Shown here: one piece after another, positions 19,665 to 28,159 of the stretch
How positions within the stretch are numbered: position 1 is the stretch's first letter
Layout: the number at the start of each line of letters is the position of its first letter
From: Elainellaceae cyanobacterium
GTDB lineage: Bacteria; Cyanobacteriota; Cyanobacteriia; CAZCXK01
DNA: 29,648 bases
NCBI GenBank assembly: GCA_051117555.1
Contig: JBNPEG010000169.1
Coordinates: 1 to 29,648 of the forward strand
Direction: 5' to 3'
Made by a program: the position numbers and the translations under genes
The notes under the pieces: generated by a model
Databases searched by the model: none
Told to the model about the DNA's origin: nothing
Seen by the model: only the letters and a program-made list of their open reading frames with translations

Positions 19665-20339
19665 CTAAGTCAAGACAAATTGGGGAAGCCTCAATCGTGG
19701 ATCTAGATAAAGTTGCCATCCTGCTCCGTTGAGTTGACGGTTGATGGATTGCCACCAGTCCCTAAGTAAATTGGGAAATTCAGGATCTTGAATTCCTTTT
19801 CTCCAGAGGATTAAGGCATCTTCACCAGAGTCTTGGTAGTAGCGTCGCCTTCGACCGATCTCTTGAAATCCAAACTTTTGGTAGAGGGCGATCGCTCGTT
19901 GATTTGAACTTCGCACTTCAAGCGTTGCCCACTCTAATCCTCGCATCCAAGCCCTTGCAAGGGATATATGGAGCAAAGTCTGCCCTAACCCCTGCCGTCG
20001 ATAGTCAGAATGAATAACAAGAAGGGTGATATGAGCCTCTTCCACAATTGACCAAAGACACACCATGCCAAGCAAATCTGGGCCAAGCAAATCTGGGCCA
20101 AGCAAATCTGGGCCAAGCAAATCTGGATAAGGAGTCCCATGACCCACTTGCGAAGGCGGAGAACCAGTCTGAGCGCTCCCCTGCGGTTGATGCTGTAGAA
20201 TCATTAGATCGCTGTTTGGGCTTTCAAGTTCCCGTTGATAGCCCGACAATGTCCATAAACCACCTAGACATTTTTGGTCAAGGTGTAACGCAGACAGAAG
20301 CAAATTAGAGGTTAATGGTTTGAGTTCTAGACGCTTCAC
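19665..20339 (-). CDS. rimI: Ribosomal-protein-alanine N-acetyltransferase (GNAT)
   Basis: EEAHIT, YRRQGLG, LEVRSSN..AIALYQKFGF, RRRYY..GEDA; directly upstream of clpC. Confidence 0.88.
   Translation of the reverse strand: MKRLELKPLTSNLLLSALHLDQKCLGGLWTLSGYQRELESPNSDLMILQHQPQGSAQTGSPPSQVGHGTPYPDLLGPDLLGPDLLGPDLLGMVCLWSIVEEAHITLLVIHSDYRRQGLGQTLLHISLARAWMRGLEWATLEVRSSNQRAIALYQKFGFQEIGRRRRYYQDSGEDALILWRKGIQDPEFPNLLRDWWQSINRQLNGAGWQLYLDPRLRLPQFVLT
20067..20126. repeat. Four perfect tandem copies of 15-bp GCCAAGCAAATCTGG (encodes PDLLG x4 in RimI)
   Basis: Units start at 20067, 20082, 20097 and 20112. Confidence 0.97.
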
Positions 20340-20432
20340 GCCAATTAAGAAGGTTTAATCAATAAAGGTTTTGAGCAACGTCCATTAAGTTGTGTAGCCC
20401 TCGATTGTACACTAAATAGTAAGAAGTACATA

Positions 20433-20521
20433 TATAGCAATCCCAGATGGGTTGTGAGCGGTGGGGCGGGCGCCCGCCCCACCGCTCACACACAGTTCAC
20501 AAGCGATTTAGGATCGCTGTA
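20433..20521. mobile_element. Small dispersed MITE/REP-like element, copy 1
   Basis: Terminal inverted repeats TATAGCAATCC / GGATCGCTGTA; perfect 38-bp internal palindrome at 20453-20490; a second copy lies at 27449-27540. Confidence 0.8.
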
Positions 20522-20553
20522 CTTATCTGGTTCAACTGAGGAAATTTGCAAAA

Positions 20554-21948
20554 ATGGTATCGACTCCTGCTATTGAGATGACAGATTCGGGGCTGCAATA
20601 CTTGCCTAATTTAAGTTTGGAAGAGTCGTCTCCGAATCAACAGCTTTTGCCCCTAACAGCCCGTGTCAACGCCCATGATCGGCTGGAAATTGGGGGATGT
20701 GATATTCCTGAGTTGGTTCAGACGTTTGGATCGCCACTTTATGTCTTGGATGAGCAAACGTTTCGGACAGCCTGTCGTCAATATCGAGAGGCATTCAATC
20801 ACTATTATCCGGGTGAATCGCTAGTTCTCTACGCATCAAAAGCCTGGAATTGTTTAGCTGTATGTGCGATCGCGGCGAGTGAAAATTTGGGGATCGATGT
20901 TGTATCGGGTGGAGAACTCTACACTGCGCTCCAGGCTGGCGTCATCCCGGAAACCCTCTATTTTCATGGTAATAACAAAGACCATAATGAGCTTCAGCTA
21001 GCACGCGACGCAGGAATTACGCTGGTTGTTGACAATTGGCTGGAGCTTAACTCCGCCGCAAATCTGTCATCGAGGGAGGAGCCATTTTGCATCATGGTGC
21101 GAATTACTCCTGGCATCGAGTGTCATACGCATGAATACATTCGAACAGGGCACCTTGATAGCAAGTTTGGGTTTGACCCTGATCAGATTGATGAGGTTTT
21201 CAAATTTATTCGAAGTCATCCAAGCCTTCATTTTGTCGGGCTTCATGCTCATATTGGGTCACAAATCTTTGAATTACAGCCCCACCATGATCTGCCTACT
21301 GTCATGGTGAAGTGGTTGATTAAAGCTAAGGAGTGGGGCTTGCCAGCTCTCGAACTAGATGTTGGAGGTGGGCTTGGTATCCGCTACACCGAGGCGGATG
21401 ATCCCCCCTCAATTGATGTGTGGGTGAAAACGGTTTGTGAAGCAGTCTTAGAAGCATGTGACACGCATGATTTTCCTCTCCCGAAGCTGCTCGCTGAACC
21501 CGGTCGATCCCTCATCGGTTCGGCATGCGTAACAGCTTACACGGTGGGTAGCCAAAAGGTCATTCCCGATGTTAGAACGTACGTTACGGTAGACGGAGGC
21601 ATGTCAGACAATCCTCGCCCCATTACGTATCAGTCAATGTACAGGGCGGTGGTAGCAAATCAAATGTCAGCCTGCTTGACCGAAACCGTGGCGATCGCAG
21701 GCAAGCATTGCGAATCGGGAGATATCATTATTAATCAAGCTCGGCTGCCAGTCACTCAGCCCGGAGACACTCTCGTCGTTATGGGCACAGGTGCTTACAA
21801 TTACAGCATGGCATCAAACTATAATCGAGTTCCCCGTCCTGCCGCTGTCTTAGTTAACGAAGGAGAAGCAAGTATTATTGTGCAACGAGAAACGGTTCAA
21901 GATTTGATTCGACATGATCAATTGCCTGACAGGTTGCTCAATCGATAA
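20554..21948 (+). CDS. lysA: Diaminopimelate decarboxylase
   Basis: YASKA (PLP lysine), HGNNK, SKFG, HAHIGSQ, GGGLG, EPGRS, CESGD and GAYNYSMASNYN motifs. Confidence 0.97.
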   Translation: MVSTPAIEMTDSGLQYLPNLSLEESSPNQQLLPLTARVNAHDRLEIGGCDIPELVQTFGSPLYVLDEQTFRTACRQYREAFNHYYPGESLVLYASKAWNCLAVCAIAASENLGIDVVSGGELYTALQAGVIPETLYFHGNNKDHNELQLARDAGITLVVDNWLELNSAANLSSREEPFCIMVRITPGIECHTHEYIRTGHLDSKFGFDPDQIDEVFKFIRSHPSLHFVGLHAHIGSQIFELQPHHDLPTVMVKWLIKAKEWGLPALELDVGGGLGIRYTEADDPPSIDVWVKTVCEAVLEACDTHDFPLPKLLAEPGRSLIGSACVTAYTVGSQKVIPDVRTYVTVDGGMSDNPRPITYQSMYRAVVANQMSACLTETVAIAGKHCESGDIIINQARLPVTQPGDTLVVMGTGAYNYSMASNYNRVPRPAAVLVNEGEASIIVQRETVQDLIRHDQLPDRLLNR

Positions 21949-22183
21949 TTAGCGGCACGTTAATTGCAGCAACCTGCGATACTCTCAACGTGCAATACTC
22001 TATCGAGTGAGCCAATTCTGTAGAGAATTTTAGAATTTAAGACAAACTCAACGGTTTTCCAGATGAGATCTACATTTGTCCATTTGACGTGTGTAGGCTG
22101 ATGACAATTTCTTCAATGTCTGTGGTTATCGCAGTGAGCGAACTTCTTCTGATGAGAATGCAAGGTTAATTCAAATCAATCAG

Positions 22184-23107
22184 ATGGGATCTCTGTTCAA
22201 GCAATGGCTGACAAACCTCGGCTGGACTCAGTCCTTGCTATTACCTGTGATTGATATTGGATTGGTTCTTGCGTTGACCTATATGGTCTTACTCATTGTG
22301 GGCGAACGTCGCACCCTCTGGATGATTAGAGGGTTGATTGTGCTAATGCTTGCATCAGCATTAAGCACGGCTCTCGAACTAAAGCTTTTAAGCTTTGTCT
22401 TAGAGAAGCTCGTGATTGGGTCTGCTGTCGCAATGGCGTTTATTCTACAGGCTGAGTTTCGTCGGTTTTTAGAACAGCTAGGACGGGGAGAAATCCTTCA
22501 GCTATTCCAGACTTCACGAGAGGCGATCCCAAAATCTGATAGTGTCATTGATGAAATTGTGGATGCTGTCAAAGAGCTCTCGCAAAATCGCACAGGAGCC
22601 TTGCTCATTTTGGAGACAAATCGACCGATTGACGAGCGAGATTTCTCTGTCCCGGGTGTTAGGTTGAATGCCGAGGTTTCCAAAGAATTGCTACAAACTA
22701 TTTTTCAGACGACGACTCTCCTGCACGATGGGGCAGTATTAATTCGGGCATCTCGCGTTGTGGCGGCAGGTGTGATTCTACCCATTTCGGAGCAAGTGGC
22801 GTCCCGTCAACTTGGAACACGACATCGAGCCGCAATGGGAATTACAGAGCGAGTAGAAAATTGCTTATGTGTGGTCGTTTCCGAAGAGACAGGGTCAATT
22901 TCTCTGGCAGAGAGAGGTGTCTTAAATCGACCGTTGACAAGTAGTAAGCTAAGAGATTTACTGCGAGAGCGATTTTCTCAATCGGTTGAGCGTGAAGCGG
23001 TTGCTCCTCAACTTCGGAGCTTAGGACGGCAGATTAGGGCCCAGGGGATCGCAATTTTTTCGAGATTCATTAGGTTATTATCTTCAGCATTTCGACGAAA
23101 AAAATAG
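22184..23107 (+). CDS. cdaA: Membrane diadenylate cyclase (c-di-AMP synthase)
   Basis: Three N-terminal TM helices; DisA_N motifs LHDGA, GTRHRAA and VSEETG. Confidence 0.95.
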   Translation: MGSLFKQWLTNLGWTQSLLLPVIDIGLVLALTYMVLLIVGERRTLWMIRGLIVLMLASALSTALELKLLSFVLEKLVIGSAVAMAFILQAEFRRFLEQLGRGEILQLFQTSREAIPKSDSVIDEIVDAVKELSQNRTGALLILETNRPIDERDFSVPGVRLNAEVSKELLQTIFQTTTLLHDGAVLIRASRVVAAGVILPISEQVASRQLGTRHRAAMGITERVENCLCVVVSEETGSISLAERGVLNRPLTSSKLRDLLRERFSQSVEREAVAPQLRSLGRQIRAQGIAIFSRFIRLLSSAFRRKK

Positions 23108-23205
23108 TGTTAGATTAAAGGCTTTTTCAAGATTGAGGTAGTTTTAGATATCTTTTCGCTCAACCTGTTAATTTAGAGCGGGAATGGCTATTTGGGGGAG
23201 AAAAA

Positions 23206-23970
23206 ATGACAGCGAAGCAAAGGGTTCTGCGTGACCTACCTGCCGATTTAAAGCCTGAACAGCTACCCAAGCATGTTGCTGTCATTATGGATGGCAACGG
23301 ACGCTGGGCAAGTCGGCAAGGTCTTCCTCGTAGCATTGGGCATCGGCGAGGCGTTGATACTCTCAAGGAGCTTCTGCGGTGCTGTCGGGATTGGGGAATT
23401 CAAGCATTAACTGCGTATGCATTTTCGACTGAGAATTGGAGCCGACCTCTAGAAGAAGTCGAGTTTCTAATGACTCTGTTCGAGCGAGTTCTTCAGCAAG
23501 AGCTGGAGGAGATGATTCATGAAGATGTGCGAATTCGATTTGTCGGCAATATTCAAAGTTTGCCAGGATCTCTACGAAAGCAAATCGAGCATTCAATGAC
23601 GGTGACCCAACACAATAAAGGTGTTTTATTTACGGTGGCTAAAAACTATGGGGGCCGTCAAGAACTGGTGCAAGCCTGTCGGGCGATCGCCACTCAGGTT
23701 CAGAACGGGCTAATTCAGCCTGATGAGATTGATGAGGAGCTCTTCGAAAATCATCTCTATACAGCAGGTGCTTGTGATCCCGACCTACTTATTCGAACCA
23801 GCGGTGAGATGAGAATTAGCAATTTTTTGCTTTGGCAAACGGCCTATGCCGAACTCTACATTACTGATACACTTTGGCCAGATTTTGATCGGGCTGAGTT
23901 TCATCGAGCGCTATGGTCGTATCAACAGCGCGATCGCCGGTTTGGGAAGCTCAAAAAATCCCAAATTTAA
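23206..23970 (+). CDS. uppS: Undecaprenyl diphosphate synthase (cis-isoprenyl transferase)
   Basis: [42 protein letters not shown] and RRFG motifs. Confidence 0.96.
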   Translation: MTAKQRVLRDLPADLKPEQLPKHVAVIMDGNGRWASRQGLPRSIGHRRGVDTLKELLRCCRDWGIQALTAYAFSTENWSRPLEEVEFLMTLFERVLQQELEEMIHEDVRIRFVGNIQSLPGSLRKQIEHSMTVTQHNKGVLFTVAKNYGGRQELVQACRAIATQVQNGLIQPDEIDEELFENHLYTAGACDPDLLIRTSGEMRISNFLLWQTAYAELYITDTLWPDFDRAEFHRALWSYQQRDRRFGKLKKSQI

Positions 23971-24055
23971 GCGAAATGAAGGCTGGATTTACGCCCAAAC
24001 TGGCACGTTTTACAAGAAACATTCCAGATGTTGCGCCAGACACAGTTGTAGGCAT

Positions 24056-24328
24056 TCAAGGACCTGAAAAAATAGCTTCGTCCAAATCGCGGCGACTTAG
24101 AGAATACTTAAATGATCGTTGAATATCTTGTCCATCGTCGCCTGCATTAATGTAGCAGACCCTGAGAGAATCGACATCGAGCCACAATTCAGCTTCCCAC
24201 GTTGCCATCTTTACATGCCAGCAATGGAGATTGCATTTGTCTTGATGGCATCCTCTAGACTCTAGCCATTGCTCAATATCGGGTAAGGGGTGATTGTATA
24301 AGGGGGTATCGGCAGAGGGAGTAGTCAT
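24056..24328 (-). CDS. DUF3143 family protein
   Basis: TPLYNHPLPDIEQWL ... RSFKYSLSRRD..AIFSGP; several possible starts (24346, 24337, 24328). Confidence 0.8.
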   Translation of the reverse strand: MTTPSADTPLYNHPLPDIEQWLESRGCHQDKCNLHCWHVKMATWEAELWLDVDSLRVCYINAGDDGQDIQRSFKYSLSRRDLDEAIFSGP

Positions 24329-24478
24329 ATCAGTCATGTCTAACATTCTGAAGTAGTTACGCAGTCTACGATCATTTACAGATAACGCTTAGAGATATCC
24401 TGAGAGCCATCTGAATTCTTATTCGGTTGATTCGCTTGCTCTGAGTCGTTGCACGGAGAATCAAATCAATCTCGTTAT

Positions 24479-25237
24479 TCATAGAAAAATCCACTGTATT
24501 GGCAAAATCGTCAGCTCAGCAGATGGCTTAGCCATTGGTTGAGTGAATGTAGGCGCATGAAATTTTCTAAGTTCTCTGAATACATTCAAATCATCTATCC
24601 AGACAACTGAACTAGGATACAGCCAACTCCGATCGCGAGAAGTGGAGGATAACTGCTGTTTGGCAGGGGGCAATGCCTCCTCCACGGGGAATCCTGTCGG
24701 AGATAGATCCAACTCACTGAGTCTAGATAAACGATTCATTGGCATGGTCATTGATTGCACAGGTGGGGGCAGATGCCGAGAATGATCAGTAGGGTGAACG
24801 GCAATTTCACCCTGCGTCACTCCGATAGCAATGACAAGCAATAGGCAGGCAATGAAGGTTAATCCAAGGATAAATAGAGCAAAAACCTCACCCGGAGAAA
24901 GGGCACGATCGGTCGGATCGAGATAAGCAGAACGGCTTCGATATTTATGAGAATCGTTGACTGGGCGATCGAGATGAACCGGTGCTTGGATGACAGAGAA
25001 TCGAGAGTAGCCAATCTTTAGGTCGTATGCCACACGTCTTTCAGGGCTACTTAATGTTGCATATGCGTCATTAAGTTCTTGAAATCTAGCAGTTGCTATG
25101 GCAGGAGGCAAGCTGGTGGTATCGGGATGATAGAGTTTACTCATCTCTCGATACGCGCGGCGAATCTGTTGCACGGTTGCCCAGGGTGGCAAATTTAGCA
25201 GCGAATAATAGGTATTTCCCCGCTCTTCTTGTAACAC
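24479..25237 (-). CDS. J-domain (DnaJ type III) membrane protein
   Basis: YYSLL..IRRAYR...YHPD...LNDAYATLS..RR..YD, followed by one TM helix. GTG 25237 has GGAGGG upstream. Confidence 0.88.
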   Translation of the reverse strand: MLQEERGNTYYSLLNLPPWATVQQIRRAYREMSKLYHPDTTSLPPAIATARFQELNDAYATLSSPERRVAYDLKIGYSRFSVIQAPVHLDRPVNDSHKYRSRSAYLDPTDRALSPGEVFALFILGLTFIACLLLVIAIGVTQGEIAVHPTDHSRHLPPPVQSMTMPMNRLSRLSELDLSPTGFPVEEALPPAKQQLSSTSRDRSWLYPSSVVWIDDLNVFRELRKFHAPTFTQPMAKPSAELTILPIQWIFL

Positions 25238-25364
25238 GCACTGCCCTCCAAGGGTACAATCCCCCTTACTAGCTGAGGGGATCAACCTCATGAACTACTG
25301 TTCTGATATTTTAACGACCTTCGCTGAATAAGATAAATAACCTCAGCGCAGAGATATAGCTGTC

Positions 25365-26207
25365 TTATACAGGATCCCAGCATTCGCCACGGGTTAGTCG
25401 GATTTGCGCTAGCGTAAATACGACGGGGATAACACGCCCATAGTTTGTGGCGATCGCCCGCCATCCTAGATCGGCAAAAAACCAAAGCCAGAGAGCCGGC
25501 CCAACGAATGCAAACATGGTACGCACAGCGCCGTAGCGTGCTGCGCTCATTGTCATTCCTCGACTCGCTACTTGGAGAGCTGCCCGACTTTGGATTTGAG
25601 TCGCGACCGTGGCTCCACCGCGAGCAATAGCCTGTCGAGCGACTTGATAGCTGGCTGCGTGCAGAGCAAACTGACGAGCAATATGCTGTAGTAGCCAGGG
25701 ACGAAGCACTGAGCTCACCGCGATCGCACTGCTGCCCTTGATGATCAGCGCCAGTGGATCTCGTTGCAACGATAGCGGAAGCTGTTGGGTCAGACTCGAT
25801 TGGGAAAGCGATCGCTCGACTCGCCCTCTAATCTGCTTTTTTTGCGAACTCGGTAAACGCCTCCAGGTTCGATTTAAGATATGGAGAAAAATTTCAGCTT
25901 CCAAGTCTGTTGTAGACCAGCTATCAGAATAAGAAACTTTAAGATAGCAACAGACTCGAATCAAAACCTGACGGTAGCTAACTCCCTCGGTTTGCTGTCT
26001 TAAAACCGTCATGCCATCGGCTGCCAAAAATCGGAATCGCTGTTCTAAATGGTCAAGCCATAGGATGCGATCGTAGCTCTGCACCTGCGGCAGATCGGGT
26101 CTCATCGCATAATCTAGCGGATTAAACTGGGGGCGAAATAAAATATCTGTCAGATCCCGCAACTCGTCGTCAGTTGCTAACTCAAGCCCTGTTCTTAACT
26201 CATCCAT
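25365..26207 (-). CDS. YaaW-like (UPF0174) conserved protein
   Basis: MDELR..LELAT, FRFLAADG..VL, SYRQVLI, LEAEIFL and NYGRVIP motifs typical of the cyanobacterial family. Confidence 0.75.
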   Translation of the reverse strand: MDELRTGLELATDDELRDLTDILFRPQFNPLDYAMRPDLPQVQSYDRILWLDHLEQRFRFLAADGMTVLRQQTEGVSYRQVLIRVCCYLKVSYSDSWSTTDLEAEIFLHILNRTWRRLPSSQKKQIRGRVERSLSQSSLTQQLPLSLQRDPLALIIKGSSAIAVSSVLRPWLLQHIARQFALHAASYQVARQAIARGGATVATQIQSRAALQVASRGMTMSAARYGAVRTMFAFVGPALWLWFFADLGWRAIATNYGRVIPVVFTLAQIRLTRGECWDPV

Positions 26208-26293
26208 TCCTAAACTCCCTATTAACCACTAGAGTCTAATTCTGTCGCCCGTATTCTACTGACCCATATTCTACTGAATTGACGAACGAAAGG

Positions 26294-27403
26294 ATGCAAG
26301 ACATGGTATTCGATGTAGCCGTAATTGGAGCGGGGCTAGCTGGTTTAGTGTGTGCGCGACGACTTCATCAGGCTGGATATCGAGTTGTTGTTCTCGAAAA
26401 ATCGAGAGGATTAGGCGGGCGGGTCGCTACACGCCGAATTCAGGGATATCGTTTTAATCACGGCGTGCCTTATCTAGAAGCCCAGGGAGAATTATCGCAA
26501 CAATTACTGAGATCTCTGGAACAGCGGGGAATTATAGTCCCCTGGAGTGGGCAAATTTATGAGCTGACCGATATGCAATCTACCAAGCCCTCCCTGATTC
26601 AGCGGTTCGATGGATCTCCCCGCTACCAAGCACATTCTGGGTTAACAGCAGTAGCAAAAGAGCTCGCCAACAATCTGGAAATTTATCGAAATCATCGAGT
26701 TCGAGCGATCGCCTTATCCGAAGACTCGTCGCATCAAGTCTGGACATTACAGATCGAAGCAGACCCCAATTCTGCGATCGCCCCTATTCAGGCAAACGCA
26801 GTTATAATGGCGATTCCAGCTCCCCAAGCGTTAGCACTAATCACCCCACTCATGTCGCTAGCCAGCATCCAAGACGTAGCCGTTACGCTAGAGTCCATTA
26901 GATTTGAGCCTTGCCTAACCGTCATGGCGGCTTATCGACCCTCTGCTATTGCTGATTGGCAAGAAAAGGCGACATCCCAGTCATTTATTCACTGTGTTGA
27001 TCATCCTGATTTGAGACTTGTCACTATTGTGAGAGCAGATGATTCAGCCTCTCGCTTGTCTACCGTTACTATTCAAAGTAGCGCTGCATATGCTCGTCAG
27101 CATTTAGAACTCGCTGATTTAGAGCCGGTTGGTCGACAATTGCTTCATCAAGTGGCTGGATTTCTAGCAGATGAGCTAGACTCGCCGGATTGGTTCCAGG
27201 TTCATCGGTGGCGTTATGCGTTTTGCAGCGCGTCTTATTCAAACCCGTATCTGGCGATCGCTAATCCGCTTCCAATGGTATTTAGTGGCGACTGGTGTCA
27301 AGGATGCCAAATCGAAGATGCACTACAATCTGGCACTGAATCTGCCGCTTTCATTAACCACCACTTTCAAAATCGATCTCTCTCAGATGACACAAAAAAT
27401 TGA
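26294..27403 (+). CDS. NAD(P)/FAD-dependent oxidoreductase (renalase-like)
   Basis: [46 protein letters not shown]. Start is ATG 26294 or 26303 (the track gives TTG 26279). Confidence 0.9.
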   Translation: MQDMVFDVAVIGAGLAGLVCARRLHQAGYRVVVLEKSRGLGGRVATRRIQGYRFNHGVPYLEAQGELSQQLLRSLEQRGIIVPWSGQIYELTDMQSTKPSLIQRFDGSPRYQAHSGLTAVAKELANNLEIYRNHRVRAIALSEDSSHQVWTLQIEADPNSAIAPIQANAVIMAIPAPQALALITPLMSLASIQDVAVTLESIRFEPCLTVMAAYRPSAIADWQEKATSQSFIHCVDHPDLRLVTIVRADDSASRLSTVTIQSSAAYARQHLELADLEPVGRQLLHQVAGFLADELDSPDWFQVHRWRYAFCSASYSNPYLAIANPLPMVFSGDWCQGCQIEDALQSGTESAAFINHHFQNRSLSDDTKN

Positions 27404-27437
27404 GGTGAAGCCGAGCGTATTAACGCGCTTCACCTCA
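27393..27437 (-). terminator. Terminator hairpin overlapping the oxidoreductase stop codon; U-tract on the minus strand
   Basis: TGAGGTGAAGC (27401-27411) / GCTTCACCTCA (27427-27437), followed by ATTTTT on the minus strand. Confidence 0.6.
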
Positions 27438-27448
27438 TCACAAATTCA

Positions 27449-27540
27449 TATAGCAATCCCGGATGGGTTGTGAGCGGTGATATGGACGCCGCCCGCATCA
27501 CCGCTTACACACCATTCACAAGCGATTTAGGATCGCTATA
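27449..27540. mobile_element. Small dispersed MITE/REP-like element, copy 2
   Basis: TATAGCAATCCCGGATGGGTTGTGAGCGGTG ... TTCACAAGCGATTTAGGATCGCTATA; ends nearly identical to 20433-20521. Confidence 0.8.
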
Positions 27541-27614
27541 CAATGGTCTTATTCGAATGCCGGTAAACATTCGTAAACAATCTAAATTCTTATGCCCAAT
27601 CCTGCAAGACAACC

Positions 27615-27821
27615 TTAATTTCGCCGTGACATATTTTGCTGGGTTTCATTATTTCCCCCGTCTTCATTGGAGTCTTGCTCATCATCTCCGGAAGAATTAT
27701 TGCCCATATTGGGTGAACGTCTCCGATTAAAACGACCGCCGCTGGTGCGCTTACGGAATTTACGAGCGTATGCCTGGTTACGAAGTGCTTTCTCTTTCTT
27801 CAGGTTGCGGCGTTTAGCCAT
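27615..27821 (-). CDS. Small protein with a very basic N-terminus and an acidic/polar tail (MAKRRNLKKEKALRNQAYARKFRKR...)
   Basis: ATG 27821 with GAGGT SD; 68 aa; candidate terminator downstream. Confidence 0.7.
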   Translation of the reverse strand: MAKRRNLKKEKALRNQAYARKFRKRTSGGRFNRRRSPNMGNNSSGDDEQDSNEDGGNNETQQNMSRRN

Positions 27822-28046
27822 GCTTACCTCTTCAGCGTGATGGATCAATTACGTGATGAATCAATTAAGAGAGACAAGGATCTCGAGGTGCAGTACACCC
27901 AGAATCATGCCTTGGATAAATTTCTAGCCCATGAAGGTCATAGACATCAACTTTAACATAATCCTTCGAGTTGCTGCTTGAGAGCCGTTTTGACGGGGAT
28001 TAGACATGCTAAGTCAATTGGCATAGTAACGATGAGATGTCGGTCG

Positions 28047-28067
28047 TTAGCAGTTAGCAATTAGCAT
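28047..28067. repeat. STRR-like heptamer repeat TTAGCA(G/A/T) x3
   Basis: TTAGCAG TTAGCAA TTAGCAT in intergenic DNA. Confidence 0.45.
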
Positions 28068-28159
28068 TCAGTCATTAGGTTTCAATGAGGTTTCATTAAT
28101 ACCCCGACCGTTAGCAGCAACCGGCGGTTTGCCCGTACAGAGTCATTGCTAGCGATAGC

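Noticed and set aside
20452..20490. lac operator-like TTGTGAGCG...CGCTCACA or vector contamination
   Set aside because: The half-sites are separated by a 22-bp GC-rich palindrome and belong to a dispersed repeat with a diverged second copy; there is no other vector sequence.
27470..27730. 86-aa + strand ORF
   Set aside because: It begins inside the dispersed repeat and runs antisense into the small basic protein gene; no recognisable motifs.
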